From an uncultured Gammaproteobacteria bacterium (lineage in GTDB: Bacteria; Pseudomonadota; Gammaproteobacteria; DRLM01), in contig CAVSNY010000007.1 of the NCBI GenBank assembly GCA_963729605.1, positions 640,001 through 704,000 on the forward strand: a DNA stretch of 64,000 nucleotides, in the 5' to 3' direction. Each line of letters begins with the position of its first letter. Position 1 is the stretch's first letter. The notes beneath the pieces are model-generated. The model was not told where the DNA came from. It was given only the letters and a program-made list of their open reading frames with translations, and searched no databases. Both the position numbers and the translations under genes were made by a program. This document shows positions 42,555 to 52,330 of this stretch, piece after piece.

Positions 42555-43235
42555 TCAGAGGGCGAGGAATGCCGCGAGACGCAATTCCGCCGCCAACGCC
42601 GCGCTATCCACGGCGGCGAGATGGGGAAACGTGGCTAGCCGCGGCGCGGCGAGCCGCGTCTCCAGCGTCGCGATGTTTTCCGCGAGCCGCTCCATCGCCG
42701 GATCGATGCCATTCGCCACCCAGCCCGCCAGCCGCGCGCCGCTGCGGTCGATGGCCTCACTGGTCAGCAGCGCATGATTGAGGCAGCCGAGCCGCATCCC
42801 CACCACGAGAATCACCGGCAGCCGCAGCGCCACCGCCAAATCCGCGAAACTTTCTTGCTCGTTGAGCGGCACCCGCCAGCCGCCGGCGCCTTCCACGATC
42901 ACGCACTCCGCCCGCGCGGCGAGCGGCGCGTAATGCGCGTGGAGCGTCGCCACGCTCAATTCCACGCCCGCCTCGCGTGCCGCGAGATGCGGCGCGATGG
43001 CGGCGGGCAGTGCAAAGGGATTCACCTCTTCATAACTCAGCGGGATATTACTCGCGGCGAGGAGTTGCAATGCATCGTCGTTGCGCCAGCCCTCGGCGGT
43101 GAGTACGCCGCCCGCCGCCACCGGCTTCATGCCCGCCACGCGTCGTCCCGTAGCCGCGAGGCGATGCACCAGTGCCGCCGCCGCCACGGTCTTGCCGACG
43201 CCGGTGTCGGTACCGGTGATGAAAAAACCGTTCAT
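42555..43235 (-). CDS. bioD: Dethiobiotin synthase
   Basis: FITGTDTGVGKT, MKPVA, VEGAGG, LGCLNH. Confidence 0.96.
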   Translation of the reverse strand: MNGFFITGTDTGVGKTVAAAALVHRLAATGRRVAGMKPVAAGGVLTAEGWRNDDALQLLAASNIPLSYEEVNPFALPAAIAPHLAAREAGVELSVATLHAHYAPLAARAECVIVEGAGGWRVPLNEQESFADLAVALRLPVILVVGMRLGCLNHALLTSEAIDRSGARLAGWVANGIDPAMERLAENIATLETRLAAPRLATFPHLAAVDSAALAAELRLAAFLAL

Positions 43236-44134
43236 GAAGCGCGACCCGGCGCGCGGCGGCGCAGGCTGTCCACCGCGATCTTCACCACGCCATCTTCCCG
43301 CAGATTCACCGCACTGCTCGGCGCCCACGCTAAACCGTATACCACCTCGAAGGTCGCGGGCAGCACGCCGTCGCGGCGGCGGGCCTCGTAGGCGTCGGTC
43401 ATCGCACGCAGCCGTCCCTTGCCGGTGAGGCCGCGCGCGCGGCCGGCGGCGGCATTACGCGCGCCGAGGCTTTTGAGTTCACGCATGAGTTGGTGCGCGT
43501 CCGCGTAGGTGAGCGTGAGCCGTTCGGCGTCCATCACCGGATCGGCGAAGGCGGCGCGCTGCAAGGCGTCGCCGACGTCGTGCATGTCGATGAAGGCGCT
43601 GACGTGCTGCGCCGCGTCGGCCCGCGCCCACGCCTCGCGCAATTCTTTCAACGTGTCGGGGCCGAAGGTGGAGAACAGCAGCAGCCCGCCCGGTTTCAAC
43701 ACGCGGCGGAATTCGCCGAACACGGCGTCGAGGTCGTTGCACCACTGCAAGGTGACATTGGAAAACACCAGATCGGCGCTGCCATTCGCGAGCGGCAGAC
43801 GTTCGGCGTCGCCGCAGACGAAGCGTTGTTTGCCGCGCAAGCGTGCCAGCAGCCCCGCGTGGCGCCGCGCGCTGCGCAGCATATTGGGGGCGAGATCGAG
43901 GGCGATGATCCGCGCGCCGGCGTAACGCTGCGCCAGCGCCTTGCTGAGGTGGCCGGTGCCCGCGCCGACGTCGAGCACGGTGCCAGGCCGCAGACGGATG
44001 TAGTCGAGCCGTTCCAGCAGGCGCGCGCCGACTTCGCGCTGCAATACCGCGACGCGGTCATAACTCGCGGCGGCACGGTCGAAGCTGCCGCGCACGCGGC
44101 GTTTGTCGAGATAGTAAGCGGTGTCATCCGTCAT
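43232..44134 (-). CDS. bioC: Malonyl-ACP O-methyltransferase
   Basis: FDRAAASYD, LDVGAGTG, FSTFGPDTLKEL, DMHDVGD. Confidence 0.95.
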   Translation of the reverse strand: MTDDTAYYLDKRRVRGSFDRAAASYDRVAVLQREVGARLLERLDYIRLRPGTVLDVGAGTGHLSKALAQRYAGARIIALDLAPNMLRSARRHAGLLARLRGKQRFVCGDAERLPLANGSADLVFSNVTLQWCNDLDAVFGEFRRVLKPGGLLLFSTFGPDTLKELREAWARADAAQHVSAFIDMHDVGDALQRAAFADPVMDAERLTLTYADAHQLMRELKSLGARNAAAGRARGLTGKGRLRAMTDAYEARRRDGVLPATFEVVYGLAWAPSSAVNLREDGVVKIAVDSLRRRAPGRAS

Positions 44135-44903
44135 GCGGGTGTTCCAAAAAAGTGGTGAGCGTCGCGCGAAATTCGCGCGGGTGCGAAAGAAAGGGCGCGT
44201 GGCCGGCGGCGTCGAGCACGTCGAATCGCAGCGCCGGCAGGTGTTGCCGCATCGCGGCGCCGACGCCCGCGGGCACCAGCATGTCGCGTCCGCCCAGGAT
44301 CAATTGTGTCGGGCGCGAAAGACGGCCGAGCTGGGGGCGCAGATCCGCGCCGCGCAAAATCGCCAAGCCGGCGCGCAGCGCCGGCAACGCCGGCGGCGGG
44401 TGTTGCAGCAGCGCCGCACGCAAGGCGCGCAGCGTCTCGCGCCCCTCGGTGCCGGCGGCGACTTGCAGACTCAGAAAACGCTCGAGCGTAGCGTGATAAT
44501 CCTGCTCCAGGGCGCGGGCGAAACCGGCGAGCACCGCCGCGTCCATGGCGTGCGGCCAATCCGGCGCGGTGATGAAGCGCGGCGAACTCGCCACCAAAAT
44601 CAATTTGTCCACCCGCGCCGGTGCGGTGAGCGTCATTTGCGTCGCGACCATGCCGCCCAGCGACCAGCCCAGCCAGATCGCGCGCGGCGGCGCGGCGGCG
44701 GCCACGGCGTCGGTCACCGTCGCGAGATCGAAGTTTTGTATCAGCGGCGGCGAACGGCCGTGGCCGGGGAGATCGATGAGCGTGACGCGATAACGCGGCG
44801 CCAATTGTTCCGCCAGCGCGGCGAACACGCCGCCATGCAGGCCCCAGCCGTGCAGCAACACCAGGTCGGGCCCGAGTCCGAATTGCTCGGCGTGCAGATT
44901 CAT
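44124..44903 (-). CDS. bioH: Pimeloyl-ACP methyl ester esterase
   Basis: [21 protein letters not shown]. Confidence 0.95.
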   Translation of the reverse strand: MNLHAEQFGLGPDLVLLHGWGLHGGVFAALAEQLAPRYRVTLIDLPGHGRSPPLIQNFDLATVTDAVAAAAPPRAIWLGWSLGGMVATQMTLTAPARVDKLILVASSPRFITAPDWPHAMDAAVLAGFARALEQDYHATLERFLSLQVAAGTEGRETLRALRAALLQHPPPALPALRAGLAILRGADLRPQLGRLSRPTQLILGGRDMLVPAGVGAAMRQHLPALRFDVLDAAGHAPFLSHPREFRATLTTFLEHPHDG

Positions 44904-46717
44904 AATACCGCTTCCAACGCCGCGAGCAGTCGATCGATCTGCGCCTCGCTGTGCGCCGCCGACAGAGTGATGCGGAGGCGCGCGGTGCCGGCCGGCACCG
45001 TCGGCGGGCGGATCGCGGTGACGTAGATGCCGCGCGCGCGGAGGGCCGCGCTCATCGCCAGCGCCCGTTCCGAGTCGCCGACCAGCAGCGGTTGTATCGG
45101 CGTCACGGACGGCAGCAAATTCGCGCCGAGCTGCGCGGCGCCGCGGCGGAAACGCGCGATGAGGGCGTGCAGGTGTTCGCGCCGCCAACTTTCCTCCTGC
45201 GCGAGCCGCAGGCCGGTCAAGGTGGCGTGAGCGACGGCCGGCGGCAGCGCCGTGGTGTAGATGTACGGACGCGCGCGTTGAACGATGTATTCGATCAAAT
45301 CATCACTGCCGGCGACGAAGGCGCCGAAACCGCCGAGGGCCTTGCCGAGGGTGCCGATCAGGATGGGCACCGCCGCGTGATCGAGGCCATAGTGTTCGAC
45401 GCTGCCGCGGCCGTCCGCGCCCACCACGCCGAGGCCGTGGGCGTCGTCCACCATCAGCCAGGCGTCGTGTCGTTGCGCGAGGTCGGCGAGCCGCGGCAGC
45501 GGCGCGAGGTCGCCGTCCATGCTGAAGACGCCGTCGGTGAGGATGAGGGTGGTGGCGGTGTCGGGTTCATCGCCATGTTCCACGCCCTCACCCCCAGCCC
45601 CTCTCCCGCTCGAGGGAGAGGGGGGCGAAAGCCCTTCTCCCGTAAACGGGAGAAGGGATGAGGGTGTAGGTCGATGTCGCGCAAGCTGATTCCAGATCGC
45701 CTCGACTACGGCCTCGGTTTCAGCCAGCACTTGGTCATTCCAGTAGCGCAGTACAGTCAAACCGCGTTCGTGCATGAACGCCGTGCGTTGCTCGTCATAG
45801 GCCTGTTGCGCACTGTGCTGGCCGCCATCCAGCTCGATTACCAGGCCGTGCTCTTCGCAATAGAAGTCGGCGATGTAGTGGCCGATGGGATGCTGGCGGC
45901 GAAACTTCGCGCCGCCGAGACGGCGATCGCGCAGACACTGCCACAACCGTTGCTCGGCGTCGGTGGCGCTGTGCCGGAGGTCGCGGGCGTGTTGCAACAG
46001 ATCGCTCGGTAGGCGTGCCGCGGGTCTTGGGGCAGGCGGGGCGTCGCCGCCCTCATCCCCAACCCCTCTCCCGCTTACGGGAGAAGGGCTTTCGCACCCC
46101 TCTCCCGTAAGCGGGAGAGGGGTGGGCGAGCACACGGCGTCAGTGTCCCATTGGCCTAATCTTTCGCTCCCCTCTCCCGTAAGCGGGAGAGGGGTGGGGG
46201 GTGAGGGTCTCGGCATGTGCCGCGAATTTTTTTGGACGCCCAATCGCCGCGCCAAGTCGTCCACGTCATTGTGAGCGTAACGCCGCAGTCGCGCGCCGGA
46301 GAGGAGTCCCGCGTCCAATAACGACGCGTGGTTGAGCCGGTCCTCGAATACCGCATCGCCGCGCCCCGCCAGCGCGGCGACCACGCCGAGATTGGCCATG
46401 TAGCCGGTGGAAAACAACAGGGCGCGTGGCCGTTGGGTGAACGCCGCCAGCGCTTCTTCCAATTCGTGATGCGGCCGCTGATGGCCGGTGACGAGGTGTG
46501 AGGCGCCGCTGCCGACGCCGTATTTATCCGCCCCTTCCTTCAGCGCGGCGATCATTCGCGGATGATTGGCGAGGCCGAGGTAATCGTTGCTGCAAAACGA
46601 GAGATACGGCGTGCCGTCGATCACGATCTCCGCGCCTTGCGGCGTTTCCATCACGGCGCGGCGCCGATATTGGTGGCGCGTCCGTATTGCCGCGAGCGCA
46701 GCGGCGAGGTCTTTCAT
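44900..46717 (-). CDS. bioF: 8-amino-7-oxononanoate synthase with in-frame DUF559 insertion (605 aa)
   Basis: [32 protein letters not shown] intact; ~225 extra aa at residues ~160-387. Confidence 0.95.
   Translation of the reverse strand: MKDLAAALAAIRTRHQYRRRAVMETPQGAEIVIDGTPYLSFCSNDYLGLANHPRMIAALKEGADKYGVGSGASHLVTGHQRPHHELEEALAAFTQRPRALLFSTGYMANLGVVAALAGRGDAVFEDRLNHASLLDAGLLSGARLRRYAHNDVDDLARRLGVQKNSRHMPRPSPPTPLPLTGEGSERLGQWDTDAVCSPTPLPLTGEGCESPSPVSGRGVGDEGGDAPPAPRPAARLPSDLLQHARDLRHSATDAEQRLWQCLRDRRLGGAKFRRQHPIGHYIADFYCEEHGLVIELDGGQHSAQQAYDEQRTAFMHERGLTVLRYWNDQVLAETEAVVEAIWNQLARHRPTPSSLLPFTGEGLSPPSPSSGRGAGGEGVEHGDEPDTATTLILTDGVFSMDGDLAPLPRLADLAQRHDAWLMVDDAHGLGVVGADGRGSVEHYGLDHAAVPILIGTLGKALGGFGAFVAGSDDLIEYIVQRARPYIYTTALPPAVAHATLTGLRLAQEESWRREHLHALIARFRRGAAQLGANLLPSVTPIQPLLVGDSERALAMSAALRARGIYVTAIRPPTVPAGTARLRITLSAAHSEAQIDRLLAALEAVL
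45585..46207 (-). mobile_element. Palindrome-bounded DUF559 endonuclease element inserted in frame in bioF
   Basis: DUF559 motifs [45 protein letters not shown] (~45680-46000); palindromes at 45598-45623, 45632-45657, 46063-46088, 46097-46122, 46169-46194; ~47-bp terminal inverted repeats. Confidence 0.85.
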
Positions 46718-46994
46718 GACGGCGCACCCGGAGGCATGAAAGCGGGCATAGCGATTTCCACGTGAGAGATATCGCTCAACATGCGCGACGCCGGTCCTTC
46801 TTCGCAGTGCAGGAAATGCAGCGGAGACCCAAGCGAATGACTGGGTGGGCTTGCACGTTCTCCGAGGCTCTCATAGCGCGCACCAAAACGTGCGTATCCG
46901 CGTGCGGCGCGTTCGAACAGGATTCCCACGAACGGAAGAAGCGGCATGTGTAGCGATGCGCTGCCGAACAATTTTATATTCGCGGGAACGCTGG

Positions 46995-48038
46995 TTACGC
47001 CGTCGCCGATATCACCGCGGGTGTGTCCGCCGCGCGCCGCTGCTGGGTGTCGCCGCGTGCGCGCACTTTGAGGTCGTCGAGCATCTTGAGGTCGTCGCTC
47101 ACTTGGCGGCCCTTGGTGGTGAGGTAGTCGCCGATCATCACACCGGAAGCGCCGGCGAAGAAGATCATCGCCTGCAAGTCGCGCAGGAAGTGGCGGCCGC
47201 CGGCGATGCGGATCTCGGCGCGCGGCAGCATATAGCGGAACACCGCGATCATGTGCAGGATTTCGAGCGGCTGCATCGGCTGTTGTTTGGCCATGGGCGT
47301 GCCGTCGATGGGATTCAAGAAATTGAGCGGCACCGATTCGACATTCAAATTGCGCAGCGTCTCGGCGAGCTCGATGCGCTGGTCGAGCGACTCGCCCATG
47401 CCGAGGATGCCGCCGGCGCACACGCGCAGGCCCGCGTTCACGGCGTGGCGGATGGTGTCGATGTTTTCCTGGTAGGTGTGGGTGGTGCAGACGTTGTGGA
47501 AAAAGCTCTCGGCGGTTTCGAGGTTGTGGTGATAGTTCTCCATGCCCATCGCCTTCAGCATCTCGGCGCTTTCCTGGTCGAGGGCGCCCAGGCTGGCGCA
47601 GCGGCCGATGTCCGAGTGTTTTTTGAGTTCGCCGAAATATTCGCGCAATTGCTCGCGCTCTTTGGCGCCGCGCACGCCCCAGCCCTTCGACACCACGCCG
47701 AAGTCGCTGGCGCCCCATTCGCGCGCGCGATGGGCCTGTTCCACCAGTTGTTCGGCGGGGATGTAATTGTATTTGGGCGCGGCGGTTTTGTGATGGCCGC
47801 TCTGGCCGCAGAAGGAACAGTTCTCCGAACAATTGCCCGAGCGCACGTTGGAGATGGCGCAGACTTCCACCTCGTCGCCGCGAAAGGTCTTGCGCAGGCG
47901 GTCGGCGCCGGCCATCAGCCAGGGCAGGTAATCATGGTCGAGGCGGATCAGCCAGCGGCCTTCGTCGGCGGTCATGTCGCCGCCCGCCAGGATGCGCTGG
48001 GTGATGCCGTCGATGCGTTGATAAATAGAGTTGTCCAT
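46995..48038 (-). CDS. bioB: Biotin synthase
   Basis: Radical SAM CSENCSFC, CASLG, HHNLET, VCAGGILGMGE, GDYLTT. Confidence 0.95.
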   Translation of the reverse strand: MDNSIYQRIDGITQRILAGGDMTADEGRWLIRLDHDYLPWLMAGADRLRKTFRGDEVEVCAISNVRSGNCSENCSFCGQSGHHKTAAPKYNYIPAEQLVEQAHRAREWGASDFGVVSKGWGVRGAKEREQLREYFGELKKHSDIGRCASLGALDQESAEMLKAMGMENYHHNLETAESFFHNVCTTHTYQENIDTIRHAVNAGLRVCAGGILGMGESLDQRIELAETLRNLNVESVPLNFLNPIDGTPMAKQQPMQPLEILHMIAVFRYMLPRAEIRIAGGRHFLRDLQAMIFFAGASGVMIGDYLTTKGRQVSDDLKMLDDLKVRARGDTQQRRAADTPAVISATA

Positions 48039-48146
48039 GGCGAGTCTTCCGCTTGATGTCGAGGGTCGTTCCCTTGCCGGGCAAGGGCGTTTATGATGGC
48101 TGCGTTCCCGCGAGTAGGGGGTGTCCGGCCCTAACTGCCTGCAAGC

Positions 48147-48911
48147 ATGTCTAAACCCGATGAATATAATCGCTTAATCCCGCCTGTCAACCGAATCTTG
48201 CTCAGCAAGGTTAACCGATGGATTAAAAACGCGCAGGACTGGCTGATGCCCGCCCAGTGTGTATTGTGCGGCGGCGCCGGTGAAGACGGCCGCAATCTCT
48301 GCGCGGCCTGCCGGGACGATTTACCCGCGATGGGGCCGGCCTGCCGGTCATGCGCGTTACCGCTGCCGGTGGCCGGGTTATGCGGGATTTGCCAGCGCCG
48401 TCCCCGGCCGTTCGCCGCGGCGGTCGCCGCCTTTCGTTATCAGCCGCCGTTGGATAATTTGATACAGCGCCTCAAATTCCAGGATGACATCCGTTTGGCC
48501 GGTTTGTTGGGGGAGTTGACGGCGGAAGGTCTGTGCGCCCGGTTTGCGACGCCGCCGCCGGTGGATGTGATGATGCCGGTGCCCCTGCACGCGGCGCGAT
48601 TGCGCGAGCGGGGTTTCAATCAGGCCTTGGAATTGGCCCGCCCCCTGGCGCGGCGTTTGAATTTGCCCTTGGATACCCGTTGCGCCGAGCGGGTCCGCGC
48701 CACCGTGCCGCAGAGCGAACTGCCCGCCAAACTGCGCCGGCGCAATATCAAAGGCGCGTTCCGGGTGACGCCGGCGGTGGCCGGGCGACGGGTGGCGGTG
48801 GTGGACGATGTGATGACCACCGGCCACACCGTGAGTGAATTCGCCGCGACGCTGCGCCGCGCCGGCGCGGCCTCGGTGACGGTGTGGCTGTGCGCGCGGG
48901 TTCCGCTATAA
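48147..48911 (+). CDS. comF: ComF family phosphoribosyltransferase-like protein
   Basis: Zn-ribbon Cys pairs, PVPLH, RGFNQ, VDDVMTTG; divergent from bioB; true start may be ~48198. Confidence 0.9.
   Translation: MSKPDEYNRLIPPVNRILLSKVNRWIKNAQDWLMPAQCVLCGGAGEDGRNLCAACRDDLPAMGPACRSCALPLPVAGLCGICQRRPRPFAAAVAAFRYQPPLDNLIQRLKFQDDIRLAGLLGELTAEGLCARFATPPPVDVMMPVPLHAARLRERGFNQALELARPLARRLNLPLDTRCAERVRATVPQSELPAKLRRRNIKGAFRVTPAVAGRRVAVVDDVMTTGHTVSEFAATLRRAGAASVTVWLCARVPL
48185..48216. promoter_or_regulatory. BirA (biotin repressor) operator
   Basis: TGTCAACC-N16-GGTTAACC, close to the proteobacterial TGTAAACC-N16-GGTTTACA, upstream of bioB. Confidence 0.75.
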
Positions 48912-49040
48912 ACGGACGGGTTTTTGGCGAGAGTAGGCCTGTGTTAACATCGAGTCCTCCATTTCGGGGCGGCGGTGATGAGGCCGCGTCCCCGTGTCTG
49001 ACCGGCGTTAAACCACTTTAAAATTCCCAAGGAGTCTTGC

Positions 49041-49604
49041 ATGTCATTACGACCGCTTATTGCTGTGTTTTTATTGGCCGGGAGCGTCCCGGCGATGGCC
49101 CAGACTTTCGACATCAGCCTGAGTGACGACTCGGCTAAATTGATGTATGTCGCGCCGATGGGCCAGCAGGGTTTCGGCCGCGGCGAGTTCGACGGCACGC
49201 TGCTGTTCACCGATGACGACAACATCCTGGGTGCGGTAGGGTTTGGTGTGATGGGCGAGGCGGGCAGCGGTTCGCCCGGTCTCAACGCCGGGGTGGGCGT
49301 GCGGCTCTATGGCGTCAATACCGACAGCAGCGATGTGACCGCCTTGACCTTGGGCGGACAGATCCGCTTTTCACCGCCCGCGCTGTCGCGTCTGCGGATC
49401 GCCGGCTCGTTCAATTTCGCGCCGAGCATCGTCACGTTTATGGACGGCGACCGGTTTTTGGACACCGGCGTGTCGGTGGGTTATGAAATCTTTCAGGATG
49501 CCGTGGCCTACGTCGGCTACCGGCGTATCCGCGCCGACATCGAAAACGGGCCCGACCTGATCGTGGATAAAGGCGCCCATATCGGCATCAATCTCCAGTT
49601 CTAA
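49041..49604 (+). CDS. YfaZ-like outer-membrane beta-barrel protein
   Basis: Signal peptide AMA, alternating beta strands, FAPSIVTF, YVGYR, C-terminal Phe. Confidence 0.8.
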   Translation: MSLRPLIAVFLLAGSVPAMAQTFDISLSDDSAKLMYVAPMGQQGFGRGEFDGTLLFTDDDNILGAVGFGVMGEAGSGSPGLNAGVGVRLYGVNTDSSDVTALTLGGQIRFSPPALSRLRIAGSFNFAPSIVTFMDGDRFLDTGVSVGYEIFQDAVAYVGYRRIRADIENGPDLIVDKGAHIGINLQF

Positions 49605-49685
49605 GACCGCCTTAAGCGGCGGCGGTCGCGGGCCGCTATACTCGACTTAGAGAGAAGGAACTCGCTAAGAGACGAATACGGCCCC

Positions 49686-50048
49686 ATGCAAATCGTTAAA
49701 ACAGGTCAGGACTACTCCGGCGCGCTCCGGCCTCCGGTCTCCTCCGTCCGCGGGGAGGCCGGAGCGCGGTCCGCCGCCGCGGATGCCGCGGCGAATTCGC
49801 GGCCCGGCGCCGCGCCGCCCGTCGAGCGGGTGGTGGAGGGGGAGTGGCTCAAGGGCCGCACCGGGACGGCGAACGATTTCTTCGAACGGATTTGGCGGCA
49901 TCGCAGCAGCGAGGCCGGGAACGCGTCCTCGCGGGAATCCGCCTCGCCCTACGAAACCCAACGCGCCATCAACGCCTATCTCGCGCAGGCGACTCAGTTT
50001 GAACGGCCGGCATCGGCCGCGGTTTCCACGGTGGATTATTACGCTTAA
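49686..50048 (+). CDS. Hypothetical protein
   Basis: VVEGEWL, AINAYL and C-terminal VDYYA; fills the intergenic space. Confidence 0.6.
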   Translation: MQIVKTGQDYSGALRPPVSSVRGEAGARSAAADAAANSRPGAAPPVERVVEGEWLKGRTGTANDFFERIWRHRSSEAGNASSRESASPYETQRAINAYLAQATQFERPASAAVSTVDYYA

Positions 50049-50136
50049 GGGATTTTGAAACCCCTGTTTCCTTGCGCCGTGGCCGTTCCTTTTCGCTTTA
50101 TTCCCCGTCGCGTCTTATCCTGTTAAAGTCGAAGCC

Positions 50137-50622
50137 ATGGACAAAAACGACGCGGAACGGCTGTGCCGTTTGATCGATTCCCAGCGCTGGGCCGCTTTGG
50201 CCTCCACCCAAGACGACGGCGCCCCGTATGTTTCCTTCGTCGCCTACGCACCGGAGCCCGGTTTAACGACGGTGTTGTTGCACGTCAGCCGCCTGTCGGC
50301 CCACACCGGTTATATTCTGGCGCGGCCGCGGATCGCCTTGGGCATCAGCGCGCCGGACAACGGGCTGGATGATCCGCAGATCTTGCCGCGGGTCACGCTG
50401 GAAGGGAGGGTGGAGCCCATCGCCCGGGATGCGCCGGATTACGGCCCGGCGCGGACTGCGTATCTCGCGAAACTCCCCAGCGCGGAACAACTGTTCGGTT
50501 TCGGCGATTTCGTCTTGCTGCGTTTAACGGTGGAAACTCTGCGTTATGTCGGCGGTTTCGGCCGGGCGTTTACCGTGAGTGCCGGGCGCTTGCGGCAATG
50601 GGCGGGGGATTTGGGCTTATGA
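50137..50622 (+). CDS. Pyridoxamine 5'-phosphate oxidase-like (HugZ-like) split-barrel protein
   Basis: PYVSFV, SRLSAHT, RVTLEG, FGDF, VGGFGRA. Confidence 0.85.
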   Translation: MDKNDAERLCRLIDSQRWAALASTQDDGAPYVSFVAYAPEPGLTTVLLHVSRLSAHTGYILARPRIALGISAPDNGLDDPQILPRVTLEGRVEPIARDAPDYGPARTAYLAKLPSAEQLFGFGDFVLLRLTVETLRYVGGFGRAFTVSAGRLRQWAGDLGL

Positions 50623-50673
50623 AATTGAGGGGTGCGCCGGCGGTGCGCGCGGATATCGAGGCCGAAATGGCGT

Positions 50674-50823
50674 TTAATCAAACTGTCCCATGACGCAGGG
50701 TTTGATCACGAGGCTCAACAATATTCCCAGGATGTAGTCCTTGTAGGCGTATAACGAACCCATGGACTCCGGGGTGTGCATGATCAACACCATTGTCAGT
50801 ACCAGCAAACTCATTCGCAACAT
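50674..50823 (-). CDS. Small 2-TM protein, 49 aa (MLRMSLLVLTMVLIMHTPESMGSLYAYKDYILGILLSLVIKPCVMGQFD)
   Basis: gagg RBS; not in ORF track. Confidence 0.5.
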   Translation of the reverse strand: MLRMSLLVLTMVLIMHTPESMGSLYAYKDYILGILLSLVIKPCVMGQFD

Positions 50824-50968
50824 GACCACTTCCTCGATCGACGCGCCCTTGGTGCGTCCCGCGCTTTAGACAGATAATGGCCGCGGAGGGCCCGTCATGC
50901 CGTTACCCGCTTAACAGGCGCGGCGTGACGTAACACACAGATCGGCAATAAAGCGGAAAATTCAAGGT

Positions 50969-51976
50969 ATGAACGAGCCAACGGCCGCGTCGGTGGTGCA
51001 GGTGGCGGCGGCGGTGATCGTGGACGGCGGCGGCCGGGTGTTACTGGCGCGCCGCGCGCCCCATCGTCATCAAGGCGGATTATGGGAATTTCCCGGCGGC
51101 AAGATCGAACCCCATGAGACGGCCCGCGCCGCCTTGGCCCGCGAGCTGTACGAAGAAGTGGGCATCGTCGTCGAATCGGCGCGGCCACTGATCCGCCTGC
51201 GCCACGCCTATCCCGGCAAGACCGTGTTGCTGGATGTGTGGCGGGTGACGGCGTTTCACGGCGAGCCGCATGGCCGCGAGGGTCAGCCGGTCGAGTGGGT
51301 GGCGGTGGAGGAATTGACCGCGCGGGACTTTCCCGCCGCCAATCCGCCCATCATCACCGCGGCGCGTCTGCCGCCGGTGTATCTCGTCACGCCCGAGCCG
51401 TCGGAAGACGATGTGTTTTGGGCCCGCTTGGAGGCCGCCTTGGAGGCGGGGGTGCGTCTCGTGCAATTTCGCGCCAAGCAACTCGATGCGCAAAGCCAAC
51501 GGCGGTTGGCGCGGCGGGCGGCTGAATTATGCCGCGCGGCGGGCGCGCGTTTATTGTTGAACGCGCCGCCGGCCTGGGCAGAAGAACTGGGCGCGGCCGG
51601 CGTGCATCTCACCAGCGCCCGTTTGTGCGCATTGGCCGAGCGGCCCTTGGGGCGTGAATATTGGGTGGCGGCGTCCTGCCACACGCAAGAGGAATTGCGG
51701 CATGCCCAGGCTATCGGGGTGGACTTCGCGGTGGTCGCGCCGGTATTGCCTACCGCCAGCCATCCCGCCGCGCCGCCGCTGGGCTGGTCCGGATTGCGCG
51801 ACTTGACCGAGGCGGCGGTCATGCCGGTGTACGCCTTGGGCGGGATGTCGCTGGATGCCGCGCCGGTGGCGTTTGAGCATGGTGCGCAGGGCATCGCCGC
51901 CATTTCTTCTTTATGGGCGGCCGCGGAGGATCCCGTCACGCTGGCGGCGCGGCTGCGTCAATTGGAGTCCGATTAG
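50969..51976 (+). CDS. mutT: MutT Nudix hydrolase / thiamine-phosphate-synthase-like fusion
   Basis: WEFPGGKIE...RELYEEVG Nudix box; ThiE-like GVHL, ASCH, PVYALGG. Confidence 0.9.
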   Translation: MNEPTAASVVQVAAAVIVDGGGRVLLARRAPHRHQGGLWEFPGGKIEPHETARAALARELYEEVGIVVESARPLIRLRHAYPGKTVLLDVWRVTAFHGEPHGREGQPVEWVAVEELTARDFPAANPPIITAARLPPVYLVTPEPSEDDVFWARLEAALEAGVRLVQFRAKQLDAQSQRRLARRAAELCRAAGARLLLNAPPAWAEELGAAGVHLTSARLCALAERPLGREYWVAASCHTQEELRHAQAIGVDFAVVAPVLPTASHPAAPPLGWSGLRDLTEAAVMPVYALGGMSLDAAPVAFEHGAQGIAAISSLWAAAEDPVTLAARLRQLESD

Positions 51977-52004
51977 TGGGGTGCGCCAGTCTTCGTGGCG
52001 CTTA

Positions 52005-52120
52005 TCCCTTCATCGGTCGAGGAGGGGTGGCGCCGCGGGCGACGGGGTGGTGATTCAACGGCGTAGTGAACTGGTACACCGTGAATCAACCACCCTGCCC
52101 CTGCTTGTACAAGGAGGGAG
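52005..52120. repeat. Degenerate inverted pair of CCCCTCCTT...AAGGAGGGG-type palindromic units
   Basis: ggggtggtgattca...tgaatcaaccaccc inner inverted repeat, flanked by imperfect hairpins; between convergent genes. Confidence 0.55.
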
Positions 52121-52151
52121 ATTTCTGTTCCTGAATTTACGGCGCACCGCA

Positions 52152-52328
52152 CTACCTGGCGGGCGGGGCGTCATTCGGCGGTTCGGCGTCGTCGCCCGCG
52201 ATGCGGTGTTCTTCATTGGCCCACTGGCCCAAATCGATCAGGCGGCAGCGTTCGCTGCAAAACGGCCGCCAGCGCTGGCGCTCGCTCCATTCCACTTTTT
52301 TGCCGCAGTGCGGGCACGCCACTTCCAT
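52152..52328 (-). CDS. yacG: DNA gyrase inhibitor YacG
   Basis: CPHCGK...[16 protein letters not shown]. Confidence 0.95.
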   Translation of the reverse strand: MEVACPHCGKKVEWSERQRWRPFCSERCRLIDLGQWANEEHRIAGDDAEPPNDAPPAR

Positions 52329-52330
52329 GG

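Noticed and set aside
45574-46224. Target-site duplication catgttccacg / catgtgccgcg around the bioF element
   Set aside because: Only 9 of 11 match, offset by 6 bp from the right TIR, and removal would not keep the frame; cannot be supported without an empty allele.
45557-46240. Intein or group I/II intron in bioF
   Set aside because: No Hint-domain blocks or His-Asn/Cys-Ser-Thr junction, no LAGLIDADG/HNH/RT ORF and no recognisable intron core; the frame is open throughout.
49041-49604. Cyc2-type porin-cytochrome iron oxidase
   Set aside because: Small barrel with no CxxCH; no Cyc2/MtoAB gene is visible in this window, so Fe(II) oxidation cannot be claimed.
50969-51976. MutT-ThiE fusion as a novelty
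   Set aside because: This fusion is common in beta- and gammaproteobacteria.
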